Shown here: one piece after another, positions 14,476 through 26,821 of the stretch
Layout: every line of letters starts with the position of its first letter
How positions within the stretch are numbered: the first letter of the stretch is position 1
Origin: Okamejei kenojei
Lineage: Eukaryota
Assembly: GCA_035221665.1 (NCBI GenBank)
Contig: CM069156.1
Coordinates: forward strand, 27,342,001 to 27,406,000
Direction: 5' to 3'
DNA length: 64,000 nt
Translations under genes and position numbers: made by a program
Notes under the pieces: generated by a model
What the model saw: the letters and a program-made list of their open reading frames with translations, nothing else
The model's database searches: none
What the model was told of the DNA's origin: nothing

Positions 14476-14592
14476 ATGCGGCAGAAATGGTCGGGTTATA
14501 TTCAGCTGCTCACCCGCTTCAGCGGCCCCAGTTAGTCGCGCGTGTTCCCTTCCGTGGAATTAACTCAAATGTTCTTTCTGTCGCTTTCTCAG

Positions 14593-14739
14593 ACAATCCT
14601 GAATTCTATGCACAAATACCAGCCCAGATTCCACGTGGTCCGCGCGAACGATATTCTCAAACTGCCCTACAGCACTTTCCGTACTTATGTGTTCCCAGAA
14701 ACGGAGTTCATTGCGGTCACTGCCTATCAAAACGATAAG
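14593..14739 (+). CDS. tbx2: TBX2 coding exon 3 (T-box)
   Basis: Acceptor ctttctcag|ACA. Encodes [49 protein letters not shown]. Donor AAG|gtgagt. 147 nt. Confidence 0.98.
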
Positions 14740-16608
14740 GTGAGTCCGGCACGCTTCTGTCGTGCCACCTGGGCCCGCCACTGGAGGCCGGTTGGATATG
14801 TTCGTGCAGGTAATAGAGCGTGGGCCAGCGATAAATTTGCTCGGGTGGTTACATTGTCCTTTCCTCATTCAAAATATTTGCACTTTTCCCTCTCCCTCAT
14901 AGCTCAACCGAAGTCAGAGAACCTATTGAACAAATGCGTGTTTTTTTAAATTCATGCATCAACTAGTTGGGCAGTTTCTTGTAAGTTTTGATGCTTCTGC
15001 TAAAGGAAAATTGTTTTTTTGATAGCGACTTGAGATTGGTTGTAAATATATCCAAGAAGCAGACAAATTGCTGATAAACCAAGTTTAAACGGCACTCAGT
15101 TAGTCAAATAATGAAACCCGTTGCATACGATACAAATAAAGTTTAATTGGATAGCTTCATGCAAGGACACAGGGAAATATTGACGGGCAACTTTAACTTT
15201 AATAAGGTTCGCTTGTCTGAATGTTGACAATAAGTGTTTCTCTGTAGACATCGCGGGGAACTCTACGAAATCCCGTTGTCCGATTTCTTTGAGGAGTTAG
15301 CACGATTCAAAGGATCACGGTATAATTCCACATTAACTGTGAGCAGTTAAAGAGTTCTATGCAGATTGGAGCAGTTTTCTGTCGAGGTGCGAGGTTGCGG
15401 ATTACACCTGCGACTATTTTGCATCAAAATATACACGGCGTTGCCCACCCCTCTCTGTTCGCAAGGTTGTCCAAAAGCCATATACCGCTTGGACAGCTGA
15501 TTCTCCACCAACAACTTATGACGAGAATCGAAATCGATTGAAGTCTACTTATCACTGCAGACTGGCCTGATCGAAGGCGCACGTCGCCTCTGCTCTGTTG
15601 ATATTGCCCGATATTAGCAAACTTATTGGGTCTACTACACATCAACATTTCAAGATAAACTTACAGATAAAACCAGAACGATACTATAGCCAGATCTCTC
15701 TATTAGTCAATTTCCATTGATATGGTTGCCAACTAAATTACAATAGGAATTCTAATACGCAATGGGGCCAGTTCCAGCGGGCAGTTCTTCAGACATTATA
15801 TCAAGAGGTATCCTACTTATCCCACTTGGATCTATGATACTTTAAACATTTAATTGTTTATTTTTCACGTGTTTTCCCCTTTAACAGTATTAGCATATGT
15901 TTGCAGTGTGGCTTACTAATAAAAAAGTACAGACTTAGTTCAGGAGGCACATTTGTGAGCTTGCTGATATCATACACACATACCACACTCAGTATGAAGC
16001 ATTCAGAATACGAACGAATAAATAAACTTAAGAAAAACATTTAGCAGTGCTTCCGAACTTTATTGTTGGCAACTATGATTAAATATCTCAGGACCACACA
16101 CATCAACATGGAATTTACCCAACCTTGCTTTAAGGTATTAATGTTTAATATAAGTGGAAATGTTTGAAATTCTCAGCAGGTTAGGCAGCATTTGGGCCGA
16201 AGGAAACAGATAAGCTTACAAATATTGGAACAAATCTTGCATGGACAACAGTTTTATTTTGGTATGCTTAGGTGGGGTATTGTGGTATATTTTAATCAAT
16301 CGAACCTTGGGCTGAGTTTGTTAATAGAAGGAAGGATATTTATTGCTCACCCGAACTGTGCTTTAGAAATGCAGTTGCTACTGTAAAATAGAAAATTAAA
16401 ATGAAATAATTCTCTGAAGTCAATGGTAATCAAAGTTTGGTAAGGAGCAAGTTTTCACAAGCTGAGTACGTTTAAAAACATTTTGATATCGGGATAAAAA
16501 TTGGTCAGATCATCAGAAGATAAAATGATGCAATCGATTTTTTCTTTTGGTATCGGATCAATGGGATGTCTCCAGAACAGTTTAATATCCATTTAGTAAT
16601 TTTTTTAA

Positions 16609-16746
<138 letters not shown>

Positions 16747-17170
16747 TAGGAAGATGGATGGATGGGAGCTGATTGGCTGTGCTGTAACCATTTATCTGGA
16801 GCACTGGAGATCAGGCGGCAGAGAGAAAGTTCTCGTTCATCCCCTCCTCTCCCCTCCCCGTAATGGATTTAACCCTGATCAGTCTATCCGTCTGAGGGGC
16901 AGGGGTTGGAGTCGGTGGAAGGGTAACTGTTTACTCGCAAGCTGTCCCCGGGCACCTCCTGGCGGTCATTAACAGAATGGCAACACTGAATAACTGGGTT
17001 TGATGGAAAGAGGCGGGACCCACGCCAACATATACTTTTAAGAAAAATATATATGAATATATTTTGCCTCTGCTCTGGAATTTATGTTTCATTTTCACAT
17101 AATTTTTAAATATCGCTTTTGGAACCAGCATAGGTCTCATAATAACACAATAGGATTTCTTTTCTCTCAG

Positions 17171-17340
17171 GAAGCAACTCTCTCTGCCGTCTTTGCGTGT
17201 GTACGAGGATCAGTGCAAAGGTGATCGAGATGGCGGTGATTCTGACGCTTCCTCCAGCGACCAACCTCCGGTCAGGGAGTCCATGCGCTCGCCCTCGGCC
17301 CTGGACCCGGTTACTCTACATTTCGGTCAAGCACCCAAAG
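17171..17340 (+). CDS. tbx2: TBX2 coding exon 5
   Basis: Acceptor tttctctcag|G. Encodes [56 protein letters not shown]. Donor AAAG|gtaaat. 170 nt, ends in phase 1. Confidence 0.95.
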
Positions 17341-18778
17341 GTAAATTTCTGGGGGGGAGGTGGGCAGTGGGGAGGAGGGGGGGTAGAGCAGGATCACTGA
17401 TCCAATCCAGAGATCAAGGGCGTTCGGTTTGTTGACCGCATGGCGTCCTCCGGCTTAACCACGGGGCTGGTGATTTAACCTTTAAATCCCAGTGTCATTA
17501 TTTGCCCCAGTAAATTCTAATAAACGGTTCAATGGACAGCGGCACACGGGAAATCATCAAGTTAATCATAATGAAGATAACGTTACATTAGAACATTGCT
17601 CTGGACTCTGCACAAATTGTATATACATCATCCAACGGCTGCTAGCTACCCTGGGGGATTTTGGTGCGATGGATTTAGGTGGATTCCATATCTAACTCTG
17701 CCAGATTAAATACTATTTTCATATAAATATGTCTTTATTTGACGTTGAGGAACACGAGGAGAAATAAGGAGACGCTATTTAATGGGTTTGGACGATTTAA
17801 CATCGTTTCAGCAGTGTCCCGCATAAGAGGAAGGGTAGCTATCAGCAGTTATGGGTCGGATTTGTTAGTGGATGTGATTCTCAAAAATCCCTGATGTATA
17901 AAATACACAGTGGCGCATTTTATTCATATTGTAACCCAAACGACCCTTCCGCACACAGAATTGGCCAAGAATGGGCTTGTGTGACCGACTGGGATTCGGA
18001 AATGTTGATTTCACCTCCGGCTCCGAATCCGGTCTTTGGCAGAATGTTAAATACTTTCCTTCCCTGGCTGTTTATCCTACATTATCAAATAGATATTTCG
18101 AAAACCTTCGTCAGCAGAGAAAAATGGGCAACGAAACAGACAAGCATAAACATCGGTAACCCTTAGGGAAATCGATCTCCGGGATTTTGGTTTCAAACCT
18201 TGTTTCCCCTGTGCACGTTTTGATTCAACGTTCAGCTGCCTCCACTTTATTCCTGGCACTGGAGGCTTGATGCGCTTGAGATATAAAATTATATGAAGCA
18301 GAATATTATTTATTTGTGCAGTTTGTGTAAAATCAGCTTGTACAGACATGGCTGAGTGGGATATCGAAAATCAAAATCAAATTTAATATTTCTAAGAATC
18401 TTGCGGGTGAAACTCCTAGATTCTTTTTTTGTTTTCGCGTTCACGTGTGTTTCAAAAGGAGTTATAGATTTTCTTTCAGAACAGCTCTCCCCACTGGTCA
18501 AAATAGAGAGAGCTATCATGGGATAGAAGATAGGAAAGGGTATGGAACTGGTATATTTTTTTGTTAAAACGGTAGCGGGTTTAGCCAATAAAGATTACCA
18601 TGGGGCGTAGAGAATGGTCAGTTTATTTAAGTGCTTATTTATAAATGATATATGATGTATGCCATACATAAAAAGACTTTAAAATGCCCCGGTGATTGCC
18701 GTATGCAGTGGGATTTCGCGGTTGTCTTAGCTTTTGTTAAGGTCACGATTTGTCCCATTTATCTCCCGGTTTCTTCAG

Positions 18779-19394
18779 ATGACAAGTCAGGTGCGGACAG
18801 TGAACCGGAGCTGGAGAAACGTGAGGAGCTTCCGGGGGCATTAAGCTTCAGCCCGCGGGTGGGGGGCTCCAGGACCGGCTCCCCGCCGGCGGGGGAGGCT
18901 GTTGCCGACTCCGCTCATCGGCCGAAACAGGCGTCCGTGGCCGAGAAAAGGGAGTCGCTGGAAGCTCGCAGGGACAACGACACGTGCTTCAGCCACAGGG
19001 CTTCGGAGAAGGAGAAGGGAGAGGGGCGAAGGAAGGAGGAATCCAAGAAAGAGAGCGAATGTTTGAGTAAAGAAACCTATTCTCCGCTGTTAATTCAGAC
19101 GGATGGATCTTCCATCTGAACGCCGCACACATGCAAAGCTTGGCTTTCTCGGGGTTCAATACTCAGCAGTTTTTTAACCCTTTAAACGTCGGACAGCCTC
19201 TCTTTATCCACCCTGGCCAATTTGCTGTCGCCCCGGGAGCTTTCTCGGCCATGGCCACCGGAATGGGACATTTATTGGCTTCGGTGTCGGGAACCAGCAG
19301 CTTGGACAACGCTGCTCTGTCGTCAGCCCAAGCTTCGGCCGGTGCAAGCCCGCACTTCCCTTTCCACCTCTCACAACACGTCTTGGCTTCTCAG
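18779..19394 (+). CDS. tbx2: TBX2 coding exon 6 (apparent 1-nt frameshift at ~19112)
   Basis: Acceptor ttcttcag|AT. Reads [10 protein letters not shown]...[12 protein letters not shown] in one frame, then [37 protein letters not shown]...[13 protein letters not shown] in another. Donor CAG|gtatgg. The exon is 616 nt; 617 are needed to keep frame. Confidence 0.93.
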
Positions 19395-21555
19395 GTATGG
19401 AGTATCTTCCTAATGATGGGCGGGCGGGCGGGCGCGGTAGGTGTTATATTCGTCGGGTTATTTCTCGTAACAAGTTTTAAATAGATTTTTATTTTGGAAA
19501 AAAAAAGCGTGGTTGGGGGTTTACAATAACCCTGGATTCTGAAATCAGACTTTGCTTTCAGACCTGACACATGCTCATTTTATTTTTTAATGAAGAGAAC
19601 CTCCTCAAACCTCCTGGCGCGTTTTTTTTTTCGGATTGGGAGAGTGATTGGACTGGGAATCTGCGCAAAGTGTGGAGTGGAGAGAAACAGGTCGACAGAG
19701 AGGGGTGAAAGATAAGCAGGAGCCGAGCGTCTGTGAAACATCATGCCAGGGGAAGAACATTCCTTTAACGAGTTACAGGAAGAGAGAAATTACCCTGGAG
19801 ATGGTTTATACTACGGCGTTTATTTTTTCCAGTTATAAATACGACTTTGATTACTTGTAGAAGTTATTGTCACGGCCGTGGCAAACCACAGCTCGTTAGT
19901 CGAAGAAGAGCGTTCTCTGCGAATCGTCTTTGACCAATAAAATGAGAGAATATGTTAAGGCCAAGCAATGGCTGTGAAGCTAAATCAATGTTTACAATCA
20001 GAAGAAAGAGCCAAGGTGCAGGTCCTTACTCCCAGTCATACACTTGGGATATTCATTCCAACACGGAATTGGGCCACTAATTGTCTTGCCGAAGAGGCTG
20101 ATCCAGGTTGAGGAGAATGGGAAAATATATTATTAAAATTATTACTTCCCAACGTTTGCAATAACTAATAATCAATGGTTCATCTAAACAGCCCAGGGGG
20201 TTGATAGATTGCCGGATCCTATGTATGAGTTTTGGTGGGATTTTCAATCAGCCTCCTCAATCCACAATGACATTTCAGATCTCTCACCCCCTCCACCATG
20301 TTGCTATGCATAACAACCAGGGTAATTTCTGCTCTCTGTGAGGGTATTTTTAGAAGAACTAATTTGCCTGCTGACAATGTAGAATCTTAAACATTAAATT
20401 AATTCCACTTGTGGAACAGAATTGGAATCTATTAGATGATTATATATTATTCACACACTGACATGATGTTTCTGTGACTATAATTCACAGAGCGTCTATA
20501 TTGGTGATGCAATCGTGTAAGTCGTGCAGTCAACTCCATTAAATGTTTTTAAAGCGGGAGTCTGGTGAACCAAGCCACAATCTGCTCATTATATTTTTAA
20601 AAGTTTCAACAACGTTGATAATCCAGTGACTGTTGCAATGGCATATCGAGCTTTGTTTGGTTGGCATTCAAGGCTTTTGATAGTCAGGTTGAGTTTTGTT
20701 CATTTAAACTGGACCCAGAGGCATATTGGATTCCAGCGTGCATGGAAGGGGGAAAAAGTACTTTTGGGGGTCTTTTTTTTGTGTGTTATTCATGTTTACA
20801 CTCAGTAATCTCCCTCCAACCATTTATTTTATTTTCAAACGCATAATACATATTCAGCTCAAAATATTCAAAAGCTCAAATACCATTGGAATTATGAGTT
20901 TTATTGTCAATTTTATTCACCCTCGTATTGATATTATTGTGCAAGTTTTGATAGTCTAAATCAATGTAAAGTGTGGATAATGTGAGGTTATACATACCAA
21001 GACCTGACAGCAGGGATTATTGGTTGAAGAGTCCTGCACTTGAGGTAAAGGAAAGGCCAGTTTAGCCTCAGGAGTCCAGCATCCTTCCATTTCGTCTGTA
21101 GTGAGGTGGGAATGAATGTGCGGCGCAGGCATCCCAGTGTCAGCAACTCCTGCTTGAAATAGTTGCGCTCTGGATTAAATCCAAAACTTAAGTATACATT
21201 CTCCAGAAAACAAATATCCAATATCGTTTCTCTTAACCGTGCCCTTGATCCCATCTTTGGGAACAGCTGAGAGGAAGAGGCCATTCTGCTTTAGAGCTGA
21301 TGCTATCCTTCAGTGAATGGATCTTTGTATCAATCCGATCTAGGCGCCTCCCTCTAGCCCAAAGGCCTTCTGAAAGATAACGTTTCGGGCTTCCAACATC
21401 CTTCCCTCCGATCTCAGCCGATTTTTATTGCTTCAACCCCCCCCCCAATCGGATTTGCGCATTAGCCCAGGCCTTGGTTCGTTTTCGATTTGCATCGCGA
21501 TGCTCCCTGCATCACTCACCAAGTATATTCTCTGTCTCTCTGTTTTACCATGCAG

Positions 21556-22014
21556 GGGATCCCAATGACCACATTCGGAGGGCTCTTTCCATACCCCTAC
21601 ACCTACATGGCCGCTGCCGCCGCAGCCGCCGCGTTGCCCAATAGCACCGGAGCGCCGTCCTCTCTCCACCGGCACCCGTTCCTGAGCGGCGGACGACCCC
21701 GGCTGCGCTTCAACCCTTACCCCATCCCGGTGACAATCCCAGCCAGCACCAACCTCCTCAGCACCACCATGCCCTCAGCCCTGGGTGGCTCCGACGCCAA
21801 ATTGTGCAGCCGAGACTCCAGTCCCGTATCCGCCAACCTCGCCTCCGAACTCAACCACAAGAGCAACGGCGGCAGTTTAAGGACTGTGGGTAGCGCGCCC
21901 TCCCCGAAGCCGTCCGCCAAGGATACCATCAACGAACTCCAGAACATCCAGAGATTAGTCAGCGGTCTGGACAGCAACCGAGAGACTTCTCCGGCTCGCG
22001 ATTCTCCTAAATGA
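21556..22014 (+). CDS. tbx2: TBX2 coding exon 7 (C-terminal repression region, stop)
   Basis: Acceptor tgcag|GGG. Encodes [28 protein letters not shown]...RPRLRFNPY...[27 protein letters not shown], then TGA at 22012-22014. With the missing base restored, the CDS is 2112 nt (703 aa). Confidence 0.97.
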   Translation, partial: GIPMTTFGGLFPYPYTYMAAAAAAAALPNSTGAPSSLHRHPFLSGGRPRLRFNPYPIPVTIPASTNLLSTTMPSALGGSDAKLCSRDSSPVSANLASELNHKSNGGSLRTVGSAPSPKPSAKDTINELQNIQRLVSGLDSNRETSPARDSPK

Positions 22015-22680
22015 GTCATTGGACGCACCCGAGGACGTCGGCGTTAATAGCATATGCAAAAGAAAAGCAAACACCTGTGCAAACACCTTCTGCATCCAAC
22101 AGTTGGGGCTGGTGGAGTCGAGAGGCATCTAGACTGAAAGAGATGCTATCAGAGTTGGGCAGCGCCACTGAAATACCCACCATTGACTGTGGATTAAAGG
22201 AACGACCACTTCGCTATAAGTAACGCATACCAGAAATGTACCTTCACTTGAGACAAAAAAAAGAATCTTCGCTATTTATGTAATTAATTAGTATTTTTTG
22301 TAAATATGCTATGGATGGCAGAATATGCAAAATCGGTATTAATTTATTCACCAGTTGTAAATTCGCGTGTACATATATTAGAGTTTAATTCCGTGCATTT
22401 TAATGTTTTTTTTTGTTTCGTTTTACACACAAACATCACAATATATTGTAAATGAAATATATAGCGTGTGTGCCAGAGAATGGATGAGTTTCTAATTGTG
22501 TTTTATCATAGAAGTCTATTCCGTCTGCTTTAGTGGAAACGGTTTTTTAAACGTGCCATCCATTACTTCAATACTATTCCAGTGTTACCTGTTAAAAACA
22601 ATAACGGCGTTCTGTACTGTACAATACGACAGATTTAAAGGAATTTAAAATAAATCGAACTCCTGTGCTAGCGGGGTATG
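22015..22680 (+). other. tbx2: tbx2 3' UTR with candidate polyadenylation signal
   Basis: AT-rich sequence after the stop codon. AATAAA at 22649-22654, with further AATAAA at 22781 and 22865. The cleavage site is inferred. Confidence 0.65.
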
Positions 22681-24273
22681 TATTAATTGCCGCTTGGCCA
22701 CCTCAGGTTTGGTGCAACTTCAGGTGTGGTTTTCCAATGACCTGGGCTCTCCAATTCGGCTCATGCGAAGCGGCTTAAACAATAAAAAAAATGTATCTGA
22801 AACTGTGTTGGTTATTCGGGTATTCTATCAACAATTTAGAAGAATAAGTTCTCTCACAACTTTCAATAAACAATTTGAAGTGAAGCTTTCTCTGGTGAGA
22901 TGAGTGTGTGTACGTGCTCTCAGAATTTGTGCATCTGTTCGCCCTGCGTTGTGAGGTCCATTTGGCTGCACCTTTCGCTGCGTTTTCGCTCGTAGTTGGG
23001 GTTGAACATAGTGAATTAAACACTGCAAAGGATCCGCCATATTAAAGGATGACCACAGTGCTTGCAGCACATGTTGGTAAAGATTTAAAGCACAGATTAG
23101 CTGAAGGTAAATATTGGATCAATGCGCTGTCAAGGGGCTGAAACAGAGATGTTCAATATTAGAGCATTATCTCTGCCCCTTTTGTCTCTGTCTCTGTCTC
23201 CCGCATACGATAACAAACAGATCATAAATAATACCTTAAATTATCTTGTTTTGATAGGCATTCCCTTAGAAATCTATACCTCATTTTCCAATCGAGAAAT
23301 CCATTGGATTTAAATTTAAACTATATTGTTGGTCTTCTTGTTTGTCTCAAAAGTTGCTGAACGGCAGAGACTCTAGTGGTTTGATCTGTTGGGCTATAAT
23401 GCAGTTGGATCCCTCCCTAATGTATATATACATTACGGCCTCTTAAAACGCCGAGTATGTACCCACTGCATCTTAGACATGATTATGTCGATTTAGCTCT
23501 TAACACAAATTATCTATAAACGGAAATGTCTGGTGGGCCTTTTCCTACAGTTTAAACAGGCATCTCTTACACTAATATTCCGGAGCACATCCTTCATCTC
23601 TGTCGGGTTCCGGACATTTGCTGTGGGATTTAGTATCTAGTTTGGGTAATTTAAAATTATTTCAAAAGACATCGCGGACCCACGTCTCATTCCGAGCTAG
23701 CTTTGGAGATGGAAGCCGAAGTTTGATTACATTATTAAAAATGTTTGGTTCTGATTTCGTCTGATTGGACTGAAACATGTCATCATCTAGAATGAGGAAG
23801 TGCACAAAGAAATTGATGTATGCAGGGGTAAACATTAACCATCTCCGAGAAACCGCAGAATGTTTTAATCTATTATTTGGGTGATGACAAGATCTGTTTT
23901 GCTGAATTTGCATTACATCAAAAGACATCCTGGAAAGTCCGTGCTATTGGAGTATTTTAATAAACAAGAGAGAACAGATTGCACATAGGAGAATGAAAGT
24001 ATTCTGCTCTGTTGCATTCTTCTCCGGAAGAACGAAATGCGAGAACTCAGAGGATTGGTGATGCTATCGAAAGGTTGGAACTCACAAGGTAACAAGTGGA
24101 TTAACATTGGTTAGAAAAACATTAGTTAGCTGCAATCGTTGGCTATAGAAGCACAGCGCATGCTCTTGCTCACAACTCGCCAACACAAATACGTTTGATA
24201 TCGTTGTATAGAGTGGAATATCACACGGCCCCCCGCAGCTCGAAAACGGAATAGATAAAATACATGGTTCCCA

Positions 24274-24304
<31 letters not shown>

Positions 24305-25058
24305 ACGCACACACGTAATGTGAAAACACTCACGCAACGACAGCCACTGAAGAACGCTGTCACACAGACACACACATTTACGCAGTCACTTGCACTCACC
24401 AGATACACATATATATGTATATGTTGTGTCTACATATACAGACGCAAGCTGACATGCAAAGCACACGAGTACTGATGCTCAGCCACAAACAGGCACAGAT
24501 ACAAGATCACAGGCATACGCTGTGATATATAAGTTAAACTACACACGTTCATTTCAATCCGAGTATTTTGGAAGTTCTCTTCCCCCCCCCCCCCAAGGAT
24601 TGGTTCTTATAAGATGCAGATTTATTTTTCTGCAGCAGAAAAGTTTACTAATCCATGTCTGATTAATTTAAAGCACCAGGCCGATTTATCGCCAGACACC
24701 CCACGATTGCTACTCTTTTAACTTTGAAACACCGTGTAAAATGTGTGAGTGAAAAGTGATTCAGAGAACTTCCCCTGTCCCCTGGCGAAAGGATGTCGCA
24801 TTATTCGCATTATTCGCTGCCTCGATTACTCCGAGGCAAGGAATCAAAAAAAAAGAAAGATCACTTTGATGTACGGGTTGATGGGAGGTCGTGCTCAAAT
24901 TCAACCTGGCGGCTTTAAGTTCAAACCATTAATGCATGAAATAAACAGTCTTTTCTTCGCCAATTACCGACGGCTGCGTACCGGCAAGATTTACGAGGCT
25001 TTGTGTCACCAGCTGATGGCTTCATTTTCAGAGCCTGCCCTGCATCGGTGCACTTTGG

Positions 25059-25072
25059 GCGCCACCTCCTGG
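25059..25072 (-). promoter_or_regulatory. Candidate CTCF site downstream of tbx2
   Basis: CCAGGAGGTGGCGC on the - strand, one mismatch to the core consensus. Confidence 0.4.
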
Positions 25073-25279
25073 AACGCGGCGACATTGCGGGCGGGGAATT
25101 GGGGTGAGCTGGGACGACTTTACATGTTTGTGTTTTATCATCAAACCAAAGTAACTCTCAAAAATCCATTAAAAGCAGGTGCTCAAGACAGCAATTCCTC
25201 AGTCGCGCCGTTTGGTGACGCCCTTTAGTTTTTCATGAATTAAACATTAAGCTATTTTAGACGCAGAACCTTTTATTTT

Positions 25280-25747
25280 ACCAGGGTGGAAATGTCAAGG
25301 ACTAGAGGGCATAACTTTAAGGTTAGAGTGAGTTTGAAAACGATGAAGGGGTAAGTTTTTTTTACATAGAGAGTGGTGGATGCCTGAAACGCTCTGCCAG
25401 GGATGGCTGTGGAGGCAGATACGATAATGGCGTTCTAGAGGCTTTTAGATAGGCACATGAATAGGTAAGGTTGAGGATCACATGCAGGGAAAGGAGATTA
25501 AATTAATTGTTAAAGAAGGAACTGCAGATGCTGGAAAATCGAGGGTACACAAAATGCTGGAGAAACTCAGTCTGAAGAAGGTGTTCGGCCCGAAACATCG
25601 CCTATTTCCTTCGCTCCATAGATGCTGCTGCACCCGCTGAGTTTCTCCAGCATTTTGTGTACCCCGGAGATTAAATTAAGTAGGCATCATGTTCGACACG
25701 GACTTTGTGGATCGAAGGGCCTGTTCCTGTGCTGTTCTATGTTCTAA
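25280..25747 (+). mobile_element. CR1 3' fragment interrupted by a Penelope-type insertion (25507-25665)
   Basis: CR1 3' motifs (actagagggcataactttaagg...tagataggcacatg; gaagggcctgttcctgtgctgttctatgttcta), split by an insert flanked by the 14-bp direct repeat GGAGATTAAATTAA. Confidence 0.8.
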
Positions 25748-25779
25748 TTACATTTTTCCAGATATGGGAGTCCTTATAT

Positions 25780-26821
25780 ATTCTGTATCTCTGCAATTGG
25801 CTCAGCAACTACCCCGTCAACGCCTGCCTTTGCGCCGCAACCACGCTCTCGCTGCAGAATCTTTCTCCTTAGATCTCTGCCTCTTTCCAATTCTTTCACT
25901 GTCTCGCCCCTCCCTCTCCTCTCTCTTTCTTTCTCTCTCCCTCTCGCTCTCTCTCTCCGTCCATCATTTCCGCTCTCAGTCCCACTGTCTATACTTGATG
26001 TCAATCAATGGCCATTTGCCCGTCTGAAGAAGGGTTTCGACCCGAAACGTCGCCCATTTCCTTTGCTCCATAGATGCTGCCTCACCGCTGAGTTTCTCCA
26101 GCATTTTTGTCTACCTTATATTTTTTTAAAGTTGATTTTCGCTAACTGACGCCCGCCTCATAAAAAATGTTTTTCTACCAAATATTTTTAATCAGCGATC
26201 TGCCACTGCAGAAGTCTGTAAACACTCGTCTGATGGACACATAGGCAATGCCATCAGCCGCTGGTAGGCTGCGTTTCCACCAGTTTGATGCCCGCTACGC
26301 GTTGTAGGGTTAAAGTTGCCGGGAAGTCTGCGTGAGAGTTTGCACTGACCGAGGGAAATATTTATAATGTCGAGACCAAAACTCGGGGCACAGATATAGT
26401 GCGTGCAATCTTCTTGCAGCCGACTGATTAAGGTCACATCCGCAAAGTTCCTGAAGTTAATTAACATATTTTAAGCATTACAGTTTACTCGTGTGATACA
26501 AATGGAAAATATGTTGCCGAGATCTGACTATTCTCTCTGCGGCTGTCCCCAAATCACTTCCAGTCTTCTTCCGAGGCAGATTGACCTGGTGTTTAAATTC
26601 CCAAATGGGCATTGAAGGATATCAAGTATAGCCAGTGGGACTGAGAGCAGAAATGATGGATGGAGAGAGAGAGAGGGAGGAGAGGGAGGGGGCGAGAGAG
26701 ATAAAGAATTGGAAAGTGGCAGAGCTTTAAGGAGAAAGATTGTGCAGAGAGAGTGTGGTTGCGGCGCAAAGGCAGGCGTTGACGGGGTAGTAGTTGTTAG
26801 AAAATTACAGAAATACAGAAT
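25780..26821. repeat. Long inverted repeat (arms ~25780-26018 and ~26602-26821)
   Basis: ctaccccgtcaacgcctgcctttgcgccgcaaccac in the left arm has its exact reverse complement at ~26755-26790. Complementarity extends over ~230 bp with scattered mismatches. Confidence 0.9.
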
